A stretch of 64,000 nt of DNA from Podarcis erhardii (taxonomy: Eukaryota), in the NCBI GenBank assembly GCA_964252035.1, contig OZ176201.1. One strand, given 5' to 3'. Below are positions 12,617 to 24,600 of the stretch, piece after piece. Both the position numbers and the translations under genes were made by a program. Positions within the stretch are counted from its first letter, which is position 1; each line of letters begins with the position of its first letter. The notes under the pieces are model-generated. The model saw nothing but the letters and a program-made list of their open reading frames with translations. It was not told the origin of the DNA and ran no database searches.

Positions 12617-15600
12617 TACTGGACTTATAGTATGCACAATGGCTTTCGCCTGCATAAATCAAATCTGCAATATAAGCATCAATGAAGGAGTAAAATGAAA
12701 TTGCATTCTGTCTTACACTTTGTGCACATTTGACTGCAACCATGGTCTTGATGCTCTAAATACAGCACCCAAACATGTCCATGTACCACTAACAATTATC
12801 TTCTGGGCTTTTACTGAAAGAGGAAAGAAAACAAAGGGTCTCTTATCAAGCAATAACAACATTCAGGATGACAATACACAAAGGGGCAAAGGCTAGCAGG
12901 TGTTAAAAATTAAATAGACAGAACTTCCCTTAATTCTCAATGTATGTGATGCAATTACTGTAAACTTATTTTCACAAAATAAGCTCCTTACCATTATCTG
13001 TAAATATTTATGCATGGACTGTAGGTGACAGTTTGGGCTAAGAGTTTGCTCATCTGCCTGTGACATTCTCTACATGACGCATATTCCCTTCTGACACCCA
13101 CTCAGTCAGAAGCAAGAAGCTCTATCTATTTTGATCTTTCAAAACAGAATCAGCATAAGACCATTGTCATGCAAAGGAGGCTTAAAAATAAATAAAGCAA
13201 TACTGCTTTTGTATTCGTAGTGTATTTGCCACACTAGATATGATGTAGTAAGCTTACAGGTGCTATGCAAAGTAGGTTCTGCAGGATACAGCACATCCTT
13301 TGAACTTGTGAGGAATTTAAGCGCTGTCAAAGGTCTCCAAGGTTCCTGGATTTGCATACGAAGAAGCTAAGCACTGTTAAAAAAATTCGACTTGCAACTT
13401 AGCAGGACACAAGCAAACTCTGTCTGGAAGCAAATTGTACATTAATGCAAAACTAAAGTTTGCAGTATTAACTCTTAGGTTCAGCTTTTGATATTGCATA
13501 TCTATACACTAGGCAGTTTGAGAAGAGAGAGACAACATGGGTTAGCCTTCTGCCACACTGCTAAACATTACTTGCAGTCAATTCATGCTCTGTTGTTACA
13601 GGAAGTAAGCGAAGTAATTATGTAATATGTGACTAAGTAATGTATGCTGTCATGTAGAAATGGAAGGGGGGAAGTGGTCCTAGTCCTCACATATGGGTCT
13701 AATTTCCTTTGTTTTAACATTCAGTCTTCCCTACCGTCCATGTAAGATGTAGAAGAAAGACTATTCTCTGCAACTGATGGCATTTTGTTATTTCTTACCC
13801 AAGAATACCACAATACCAACAAAAAGCAATAGTATTACAGAATAAGAGGAAGAGGATCCACCGTCACCACCGAGGCATCTGTACGCTTCATAAGGGCAGC
13901 CCAATAGCACATTCTCACATTTTGAGAATTTTGTCTCACCTCCAGGCTACAGAAGAGGCTTCAACCACATTCATTCTTCTTCCACAGGTTCACATAAAAT
14001 AAGTTTTAGGCTATGGCACAAAATCCAGGAAACATGTAAAGATCACCTCCAGGCTAAAGCTGAGGTATTGTCTGAAGTGGGAGGAAGAACCTGATTGTTC
14101 TTGAAGCCATATTTTTCAGGTCACAACAACCACACAAATTGCAGCAATGGTGTGGCCAGCGTTCACACAGAAAATCTAGTTCTCACAATAATCATTCACT
14201 ATGCACTCCACACGTTCCCAAACGCCCACATGGGGCCTATATTTGTTTGAACGGGGCCCTAGTATTGATGCAAAATGTCAAGGCTCCCAAAACTTGCTAT
14301 CTCATCTCATAGTAGGCCTTCTTACTCAGGATGTAAAATTTGTAAGCATCCCTATTGTATGCAACAGGCTCATCGGAATTTACACACCGACACTAGACAT
14401 TCTTGGCAGACACCAGCAAAAAGCATGGCCATGCAGAAGTAGTTCTAGTAGCTTCCCTATTGGGACTGTAACATAGAAGTGGCAGCCTTAAGAAATTAAA
14501 AGGAAGTTTCCAGTGCAGCATAAATCCAGAGTCAAACTACAAACACATCACTTAGTGCCTGTTATTCCATGTGCAATCCAAGAAATGCCAATATTTGCAT
14601 CTTTACCCTAGTGAGTAGTCAAATTCTGTACAAGTTTGCTGGTTCTTAAATATATGTGACTATCAGACATAAAATTTATAGATGCCCAGATGAATAGAAA
14701 AAAATACTATTTTCTGTTCATAAACAGATTGCACCACTTTTGTCTCCACAGCTTGCCTTACATTTCTATATCCACACCTACCATTATCATCATCAGTTCA
14801 ATTACCTACCAATTCCAACACTATCCTAGTATACTCTAACACTGACCTACAAAAAGCAGAAGATGAACTAGGCAAAACTAGTTGAAGATGGAGTTTACTC
14901 AGTGATGCTGTTTGTTCCCCCAGTGATCTGTTGGTGAGTGGCTGATTCCCCTTTCTTCCTTGAGAAAAAGCTCAACAACTTTGACCTGAACCCACCGCCC
15001 AAAAGGAGGTAGATCACTGTCTCTTGGGAGTCTCTTGGGAGCTGGCCACCCCTGCTGTAGGGCAATCCTATGGCTCATTGGTTACCCCAGTGAAGTTACC
15101 GTAGTTCATTTTTATTATCTTAATCTGAACTATGTCAAATAAATTAAGATGTGCTGTACTTTACCCCTCTGCAGCTTCAATATTTTTTTTAATGGCACAC
15201 TTTAACCAAAAATAGTGATTTATTCTCCTCTTGCCTCTGCCCCAATATCTTGTGCACTGTTGGCAAATTATTCTACCTTCTACCTCCTCTGTCCATCTTG
15301 TCTATTCAGACTGCACATTTTTGAGGTAGTGACTACGTTGTATTCCTTTTTCCACATATTATCTGGGTCAGATCTCAGTTGAAACTTGTGGACTCCATTA
15401 TAACAATAATGCAATGAAACAAAACGGTGCCTTGTATATTTTCCTTAACTTGAAAATGCATCTGAATGCTTCCTTCACTCCAACCTTCTTCAGAAAGGAA
15501 GGCCTAATTAGATGGGAAAGCAGTTTCTAAATTGCCAGTTGTTTTTGTTTGTGTAACTTCATACTTCCTCGCTACACTGGGCCACAAGAGTGTGACACAA

Positions 15601-16925
15601 TGGGCAAAGAGACTAAGAGTGACCCTGTCTGTCTGTCAACAGCACTGCACACTTCTGAATGAACTTTCTAATCCAGTTCCAACTTCTGCTTCACACAAAC
15701 CTGCCAACATTCACCAGACTCAAATCACAGCTATGCAGAAGCGGTGTCTTCCTGTTAAGTAAAAAACATCCCCCCACAGGAAGCACACATTCCCATCAAC
15801 AAGACCACCAGGTTATCAGCATTATTTTGTCACCAGTGTTGTTGAAGCCAGATTCCCACACAAGCCGCAGACAGAGGAATCCAGGTTATGATTAAGCAGA
15901 AAATCTGTGCAGTAAAATGTCTCTGTAGATAAGCCAAAAGGGACATCAAAGTCATATATATATGGAAGAAAATGCACTGCTTTTTACAGTACATTTTATA
16001 GAATAGAATTTGCATTTGGGGCCAATTCATAAACAGCATAAATGAATTATACTTGTTTGAGTCATCTGAATATTTTAGATGCAAATGATGCAAATTCAGT
16101 GTGGAGAAAGTAAAAGCAAAATGCCAGTGCCCACTACTGAAGATGGCCTCTTTAAAAATGTTTCTAATGACCCATAATTTCAAGAGATGCACTGAGCGAC
16201 GTGGCTGCAAATGCCACATCAATTTTTACACAATGCCTCTTGACCCCAATGTAGGATCCAGAGGCATTTTGGGAGCTATAGCAACCTCACCAGGTGCTTC
16301 CTACCAGAGTGCTGGTTTGTGTGCCATTGCTCATCTCCACTGCTGCTGGATGTGTACTGCCACCCATCCTCCTACCATGTGTTAAGCTCATGGGGCCCAC
16401 CAGGGTGGCAGCCACAAGTGCAGCACTGTTGTGGCGCCACTCAAACAAGGCGCTGATCCTGCAACTATGCGCATTATAAACACATGCTCTGAAGTACTCC
16501 AAGAAGATTAATCCACTGATTGCATTTTATTATGTACGGTAATACCCATGGCATCAAATGTGGTCCATTCATTCATCCTGCAACAGCCTTGCAGCAAGGA
16601 GGCAACCAGGCTGCTGTTTGCTCTCCATTTTCAAAGTCTAACAATATGTCTGTGTACTGAGAAAGGGAAGGGATTTTCACACAGTTAACTGACAGAAGTT
16701 GAAGGGAAGACCCAATACAAGCAGTTCAGAGTAAAGGCAAAGGCATGGGTGTGCAAACCAGCACCTGAGATGGAAAACACAGGGGCAGTCATCCAGCAAA
16801 CAATTCCAAAAAGAGAAGAATGAAAGGACAAGGACGACAGAGATTCATATGACTGATCATCACCATTCACCTCTTAACCACTATCCAGTGGTGAACAACT
16901 ACCTTCCCTTTGGCAATCATTATTA

Positions 16926-16995
16926 GACAGAAGTGCCTGGCATGCTCTGGTCCATGGGTCATGAAGAGTCGTACACAACTAAACAACAACAACAA
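16926..16995 (+). mobile_element. RTE/Bov-B LINE 3' tip
   Basis: GTGCCTGGCATGCTCTGGTCCATGGGTCATGAAGAGTCGTACACAACTAAACAACAAC matches the recalled Bov-B tail with (CAA)n end. Confidence 0.75.
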
Positions 16996-19192
16996 TAACA
17001 TTAGCAATTTAATGGTAGATGAAGAGGATGGGTGGGAACAGAATCACATTTCCCTGACAATCTATTCTTCCTTAAGTGCTGGGAAACTGCAATATCCCTT
17101 ACAAGGAAGTACTACCTCAGGAGAGAACACTTCAAATGAACAAATGCACGTTTGTGGCATACAAAAACAGAGATTTGGAAAGCCCCTTCTAATTTTATAG
17201 ATCATGGTCATATAACTGGGTTATGCAGGTGGATATGATTCATTTCCATAACACTTTCATGCACTTTATGTATATAAGTTTATTTCCTGAAAGGAAGACT
17301 ATGTTCCGTGAAGCCATGTGGTGATGTTCTCAGATCTCCATCGCTCCCCTTTCTAGATACAGCAATCCTCTCTTGGGGAAGGAACCATCCTAGAAAGATG
17401 CAGAGAAGGCCCTATTCTGAAAATGTTTCATAGTAACAATAATTCAAGAGAGGGGGTTTATATTCCTCCTCAGAGAAAATTCTACTCTTTGTTTACACTT
17501 CACTAAACTCTCTCAAAATGGACAGCAAAAACATTACATAGCATGGGGGGGGTTGTTGTTTGCATGCAAATATCCATGAGAACATCACCAAAGTTAACAC
17601 AGTTGCTTCAGGAATTTCCCCAATTCTATTGTCATGTAAAACTTGCAGCTGCAAAGTGCTTTCCTCAAGGAATGTTTAAATTCTGTTAGAATTCTAAAAA
17701 AATCCAAAATGGAGATAACAACACAATATGTATCTCCAACAAAATTTATCTCCAATGCATGCTCTGTAAGCAGAAATGAGCTTGTTATAATTGAATACAC
17801 TCAGTCCAAACCAATAATCCCTTCCACCCCAAAGGGACATAGTTACTCACACATTTACTAAAATCAGTGGGATTTAAAAGTGCCTAGATTGTGCCCAAGA
17901 CAATCATCACTGCTTATACCAATCTACAATAGCAAGATTATGGTAGTTACATGGAAGATTTTTAAATATTCACCATACATTTGACATGAAATCATGTTCA
18001 TAAATTTTAAAACACAAGAATATGAATGCCCAGTTATAAAATCTTTCCAAGTTTTGTTCTCCACTTTATTTTGTCCATACACATCTTAAGTTTAGTGTTA
18101 AAGATAATGAAAAAGAGGAAAGCAGCAAATATTAAACATAACAGCATATTAGACTCATGTCAACAAAGGGCCTCTTTAAAACAGTTCAACTACTACCAGC
18201 AAAAAAAGTCTGGAGGAAGTTCAGAAACACGTGAGAAAGTAAGGGACCTCTGAAAACACTGAAGATAAGGGACTGAGCCATCACACTGATCTCTTCTTCC
18301 AAATGTATAATAAACATTGAAATTTAATATTTTCACATTTAAAATCATGAGGTAGCAGACACACCCCTTGTAGTAATCATTACCCTCCTCAGTAACTCAG
18401 TTTCAGCTGACCTGCTTCCAACATGAACAGACTGACAAGGCCTTGTTTGTTTACCCCCCCCCCCTCCGCCCCACCTCCCAATCCCCAAACTTAACAGGTT
18501 TGCATTTAGGTATCATTTACTGGCCAGCATAATAAAAGCCACTCTCTTTAACAAGCATGGAAATTTTTCCAACTGAAAATCTGGAAGGAGTGGGGGGGGA
18601 TTTGTGCAATGTTTGTGTGTGTGGCAACAGAAAAACAGCCCTCCTGCCAAGTACAATTAGCTCAGTGGTGCCTTTCTTTCCTCGCTTAAAAACTAAGCCA
18701 TTACAGCCTGTTCAAACTGCACGTAGGTTAAAAACTCAGCTAGTTAAAAAAAAAAAAGCAGCGAAATTCTACCACTCCTGTGGTCAGGATCCATATGGTG
18801 GGGCGACGGGACATTACTGCAAAACTTGGTAACAAACAATTCTCTCAGGAAACGAGCAAACATGAGGGTGGGGAGCGGGGAGGGGGGGAGAGAGAGAGAA
18901 AATCCACCCCGAAGATGACGGCCATGAAGTTGTGTTTCCTAGCGGCTGTGTGCATTTCTTTCTGCTACAGGCGGGCTTGCTTGAGGTGGTTCTTGAGGGA
19001 GGAGATGTGGGATTGTGGAGGGGAAGGGAAGGGGAGGGGAGGCAGCCCTCTGTGTCAGAGCTTTCTCAGAGCTGTACAGGAAATGAGAAGTCAAACAAAG
19101 GGGCACTCTGTATTCTGTACTACAGGCACCCTTCCATCCCCGGAGCAGAGTAGTAAAAACTCTCCCATTGTGCCCTAAAGGCAGGAGGCGAC

Positions 19193-19194
<2 letters not shown>

Positions 19195-19226
<32 letters not shown>
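19195..19226. repeat. (GA)n microsatellite
   Basis: Directly visible; a second G-run plus (GA)n tract lies at about 19714-19750. Confidence 0.95.
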
Positions 19227-19228
<2 letters not shown>

Positions 19229-19423
19229 AAACACGCATACAACATGCCAACTTGCCATCCAGTCATTGTCACGCTACTACCCCCTTATACTCCCGTGTGG
19301 AAGGAAAAGAGCGCACGAACAACGTTTATTTTCGGGCGGGGGGTGGACATTTGCACACAGGAAAGCTTTCAAAACGGCGAGACAGGCGTTAAACAATAGT
19401 TCCCTCTAGCAAACTACTTCCAA

Positions 19424-19648
19424 TTACAGATAGGTAGCCGTGTTGGTCTGCCATAGTCAAAACAAAAAAATTCCTTCCAGTAGCACCTTAAAGACCAACT
19501 AAGTCAGTTCTTGGTATGAGCTTTCGTGTGCATGCACACTTCTTCAGATACACTTCTTCTCTGAAGAAGTGTGCATGCACACGAAAGCTCATACCAAGAA
19601 CTGACTTAGTTGGTCTTTAAGGTGCTACTGGAAGGAATTTTTTTGTTT
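19424..19648. mobile_element. Young Penelope-like element fragment with inverted terminal-repeat structure
   Basis: 13-bp TSD AAACTACTTCCAA (19411-19423, 19649-19661); perfect 89-bp inverted arms 19460-19548 and 19560-19648; GTAGCCGTGTTGGTCTG...GCACCTTAAAGACCAAC typical of reptile PLE ends; hammerhead core present. Confidence 0.8.
19514..19551 (-). ncRNA. Minimal type I hammerhead ribozyme motif
   Basis: Minus strand reads GUAU-CUGAAGA-A-GUGUG(CAUG)CACAC-GAAA-GCU-C-AUAC: stem I GUAU/AUAC, CUGANGA box, 5-bp stem II, GAAA box, palindromic loopless stem III AGCU, predicted CUC cleavage after 19518. Activity untested. Confidence 0.75.
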
Positions 19649-19864
19649 AAACTACTTCCAAGTGATCAATATCTCCCGGACAAAACACAAAACGCCTGGC
19701 TTTAAAATGGTGCGGGGGGGGGGGGGGGGAGAGAGAGAGAGAGAGAGAGAAATCAGCATTTCCACGCAGAAAAGGCAGGCCACTGCCCAAATCAAGCAAG
19801 CAAAAGATATCAGCACAAACTTACAAAGACATAACGCCGGAGCGCGGCGTGAATCTTAAGTTAC

Positions 19865-19949
19865 CTTCATATTGGCGGAGAATGCCAATATTGTTGTTCA
19901 TCTTGTCCAAGTACTGGTAGTTCAACAGGTCCATCTTCATAAATAGCAT
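19865..19949 (-). CDS. VGLL4: VGLL4 alternative first coding exon (MLFMKMDLLNYQYLDKMNNNIGILRQYE-G), 85 nt, phase 1
   Basis: Near-identical to the recalled vertebrate VGLL4 isoform N-terminus; ATG at 19949; donor GAAG|GTAA at 19864. Confidence 0.95.
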
Positions 19950-20800
19950 TGAGTGGGCTAGCAAAGAAGACCAGCTTGCTTGCTTCCGCCCTGAACACCC
20001 CCCCAAAAAGAAATCAGCGACAAAAACACGGGGGAAATGCTGTTGCGAGTAGCTCCTGGCTCTTTCCCGAGTTCCACAAGCTCAAGGCCCAGCCTCCGAC
20101 TAATCAAAACAAAGTATATTTTAAAAAAAACACAACCGAGTTTTCAAAAAAAAGGGAAGGCAAAGGGGGGGGAATCCCCCTCCAAGGCTTCAGAAACGAA
20201 GACTGAGTTTGAAATGTATTGTGTCCAATTGCAATTAAAAATTGCTTACAGATCTGACGCCAAATTTCGGGCGGGGGAGGGGGAAACTGGAATGGCAAAG
20301 ACTTCCTAGGACAAAGACATGCTAATTCTCCTCACAGCCCGCTGCAAGTTAACTGCACTGACATGCAGGCTATGCTTGGTATGACTCCTATGTAAACTAG
20401 CTTCCTCTTTCTAGCAGACGGAGATGACTGAGCATGCTCAGTGAATCCCTGGAGCTCTTCAAATGTCAGGGATATTTTCTGCACAAGATCAGTCTCTAAA
20501 TGTATTGAGTGTTTGAAGGCAAGACAGGGAAGGAGGAGGAGCTGAAGACTGCACAGAAGTGGCCATGTCAGATTCTGCCCTTACTGGAAGCAGAGTTGCC
20601 GCTGCACAACTGAAAAAGAAATAAGCAGCAGCTCTTGCTTAGAGCGCTAGCTAGATACACACGCAACTTTTTTTTCCGCCTGAAAGGAGTTTTGAAATGG
20701 CTGGAGCAGAAGCCAAACGCCTCTTTTAATTTTCTCACTGTTTCAGTTTAATTGTGCTTATAAGCTTTTTGCAACTCCAAATTAATCTCCCTTCAACTAT
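19950..20800 (-). promoter_or_regulatory. VGLL4: 5' UTR and internal promoter of the MLFMK isoform (TSS not determined)
   Basis: TE-free, moderately CpG-retaining DNA immediately upstream of the alternative ATG; 16-bp palindrome ACTGAGCATGCTCAGT at 20427-20442. Boundaries are inferred. Confidence 0.6.
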
Positions 20801-23800
20801 GACAACACACTGTTTGTTTGTTTTTCAAAAAAAATTATGTCTTTGTTACCTTTAGATAAGCTGCCACCTGCACTTGAGCAGAAACACATCAAGAGTCATA
20901 GAAACTTGTAAAAAAATTTGTTTTTAGTTATAAAGGGGATATTTTAGTATCTAAGGGTTTTACTATTTGATCGTTCTCTGCCTTGAAAGAAACAAAAGGG
21001 ATTTCTCTCTCCACTGCTCTTATTTCAGGATGTGGTTTGTTTTGCTACACTCCAAACCTTGAACCTAAACTTTCCTACTTGTTTATACAGATGCAAGTGC
21101 ATCATCCCACGAGGTAGAGCATCCATAACCAGTCATTATATAAATCCTGAGCCAATAAAATTCTATCCGTTGCTTCCTCCATAGCAGATCAATGCCTTAA
21201 AACTAAAATTGGGGTCGGAGGGCTGGGTGGAGCCAGGCAGTGAGATAGCCAGTACTCTGACAATAATATCCTATCTTCATCAAGTACAATTTAAAATTAT
21301 TTTAAGGAGCTGAAGGTTGCAATCCTAAGCATATTTGCCAGGATTTAATGGGACATTTTGAAGCAAGTATCGCTTAGGAAAAGAGAATTAAATACCAAGC
21401 TTCTACTGAGGCTGCCACTTACATTTTACAAGTCAAATTTCTTCATTTGATACACGTTCCAAGAGAATGTCACTGTAACCCAAAAGCAGTTTAAAAGCCT
21501 CTCCCAAGTGTAAACTTCTTAAAACACAATGTTTCGACCAAACAATAGGAAGAGCTTCTTGGGGTGGGGGTGAGGGGGAACCCAAGTGTTCACCAGTGGA
21601 ACAGAATGCCACAGAAGGTGCTGGATTCTTCTTCATCAGAGCTTGATGCCACATTGTGATGTTTATTTTATAAAGAAGATTGTCTAAATATGGTCTATTT
21701 TTCATGTTGCAGAAAGCATGGAAAACTTCAGTCACGGAACTCCAGCCAGAAAGGATGCAGGAAGTCTATTCTGGGAGAGTGCTTCCCTGGCCCACATTTT
21801 GTGTGCCCCCTTTGATTGGCTTAGGAAAAGGGGCATTGCTGTTTACTTCCTTGCTCAGTTCCCAGTTTCTAAATGTGGTCTCTGACCACGTCTGCTTGTA
21901 CTGGAGACGGAAATTCACTGCAAGAACCTGGCAGCATTGCTCCAGCTACATCGAGGGCACTGTATAGTTCTGGATGTGCTATGTAGCAGATTTTAGGGTA
22001 GTGGTGCAAACCATGCCTTTATTTGAGAACCAGAGACTTAGAAAAGAGATTAAGGCGCTTTTCAAAAGGCTGCTAAAAAGCAGTGGAAGGGGTAGAAACA
22101 GCCAGTTATCAGAGTCCTTGAAGGAAAAACAAGTAGTAGTGTTAAAGTTGAAACAAGACAAATTTAGTCTGGATATCAAGGAATGCTTTCTAACTGCATG
22201 AAACAATTCAGCAATAAAACAAGTTTCTAGATAAATGGGATCTTCTTGCCTTGAAACTTTCTTAAAGGACATGGCATGAGAAGCTATTGGAGGCAGTACT
22301 GTGTCTAGGAGTGCAAACTAAAATTCATTGTAATGCTTTGATCCTAGATTTAAAAGACTTAAACCAGAATCAACCAATATTTATAGTCTTCCAAAGGAGG
22401 TGTGCAGAAATTTAGAGGAATATGACCAGCACATGGAATTTTTTTTGCTTCCTACCAGAAGGTATTCCAAGAATCCCCTTCCCCCAGTAGCTTTTAAAAT
22501 TCTCAAAGCTTATTTTTTTAAAAGATGGCAATATAAGGATTTAAGATAAAAATCTTTCAAAGGGAAAATGCTTCTGGTGAACAAACTCAGTTTTGCACTT
22601 CTTAAAATACAAGACTGCAATTAAGGTATCAAAAAAGAAATAATCTAAAAAAAATGAAACTTGCAGACTACTGTTTATTTCCTAGTTTTCAAATAACATG
22701 TCTATCCAACCTTTCAATGCTATCTTCTGTTCCCAGTGCACTCATTTTACTTATGATTGTGTCTGTAGAAAAGTATCAAAAAGCCTTGTTCAATCCATTT
22801 TCCATCCAAACTCCCTTACCAACCAATCTAAAGAAATTAGATTTGTCTAGTCTGACTTTTTATTATTATTATTATTTTATTAGTATACTGTAAGTAGCTC
22901 TGGCAGCATATGAGGGTATAGTAAATATAAACATGGGTTCACACTAGAAGGTTGACTTCTTCATAAAGGCAACTAACTTTTTCATAAAGGTCATTTATTT
23001 TGAGGGTCTCTTGATCGTTTGGTTATTCAGTCATAGTTCTCTTATTGGGTTGTCTGAATTTGCATTTTCAGTTTAAAATTTACCTTCACAAAATCAACAA
23101 TCCTAAGTTTCTTTCATACTGCTTTTCTTTCTAAAATTGTAGAGCATCTTGGAGACTAGTATCTCTATAAATTTTAGCTAACCTTTTTTTTATGCACTCA
23201 TGCTATTTCTTTGTGGACTTTGATAATAGTCTGTTTTCATTCGGTTTCCTAATAAGTTTTCATTTACTTTGGGACTACACCAGTGCCCCACCAGCATAAT
23301 CCTCTGCACTCTCAGCAATGAAGTAGAAAGCAAAACTCTATCAGTAGAAACAAACAATTGCAGCAACCCTGATGGCTACTTCTACAACATGCCTGGCAAC
23401 TGGGACCCAAGAATCATCACACCAAGCGCGGAACACATCTCTACAGTACCCAGGTTGGGAAGGCACCAAAGACCAGCAATGTTAGACACACCATGATAAT
23501 AACATGAATGAAATCAACAACCCCACCTCACCCCTCAGTATCTCTCCTTATGATGACTCCATGCTCCAATGACTCGAGGAACAGCAAACTGACACCTGTC
23601 GCCACAAGCTTCATTCGGGTCCTCAGTTAATCCCCTGACGACAAAAACAAAGAAAGCCACAGCACTCAGACAAGCATTTTGCCAGGAACAATCCTATGGG
23701 TGAGAAAAGAAAGGTGTGTTCTGTTCCAGACACAGCAACCAGCCCTGTCCGTAGGCCAGTATATAGGACATTTGTCCAAAAAGCAAAAGCTACGCCCACC

Positions 23801-24354
23801 CCAGAGAAAGGCTCAAGGCTTGCTGTGGTATCAGGCATTCCACACAGACAATGTTGTAATTGGTGTCTGTACAAGAGGAAAAAGCAATTTGCAAGCGAGA
23901 GGGAAGAGAGCCAATTGGACAAGGAAGAATGCACACTGTGAAAGCAGGTCTAGTGAAAGCATGGCAAGCTGGATGCTGGCACACAACCACTTAAATCCTT
24001 GACAGATTTAAATATGACCCCCACAAGGGCAAAGCCTACCATACATTCCAATAGGGAGGGGGAAGAGACAGCAAGATTAGAACTGTGGCTCCCCACTCCA
24101 CAAAGCAAGCAAGGCATTGCAATGTGCACATACCTTACACTTCTGCACTTCAAAGGACCCACAAGCAAACAACAAGATCAGCAGAAGCAGATTAAAACTA
24201 AAGCTACTGACAACAACAATACAAATGCTGTTTGGGGAGATAGGCACCATTTTCAAAGTGTATCCAAAGTGAAGCAAGGTGCAAGAGTAAGAGCCTTTTC
24301 ACAGGAGGGAGCATTACTACCAAAAAAGTATAATCATCATAAGTATAATCGTCG

Positions 24355-24600
24355 TTGTCCTCCAGGCTACTTCTGAGCCCAATTCAAAGTGCTGTGTTGA
24401 CACTGTCAACTCCTAAATGGTCTGAAGCACTGCACCTTTTAAGGATTCCACTCACCCACCTGAATGTATTGCTCACTCTAGTTATTCTCTTTGTGTCAGC
24501 CTGCCACCTAAGGAGGGGAATTACAGACTGGATCCAGTGGTGGCTTTGCACAGACATGGTACCTGATTTTCACTAATCCGCACTACCCACTGCAAACTGA
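24355..24600 (+). mobile_element. Decayed L2 ORF2 C-terminal fragment
   Basis: GGC TAC TTC TGA GCC CAA TTC AAA GTG CTG resembles the L2 F-R-A-Q-F-K-V-L motif. Confidence 0.6.

Noticed and set aside
13799-13946. Candidate cassette or alternative exon (acceptor near 13947, donor TGG|GTAAGA at 13798)
   Set aside because: Only splice-like signals; no resemblance to a known VGLL4 peptide and no other support
1-19400. Shared downstream VGLL4 exon (EAALRGEP...PPPISPSKRK) and TDU-motif exons
   Set aside because: No match found by eye in any frame; presumed to lie left of the window
19557-19594. Second hammerhead core on the plus strand (right arm)
   Set aside because: The core is intact but the 5' flank is TTCT instead of GTAT, so stem I with ATAC cannot form beyond 1 bp
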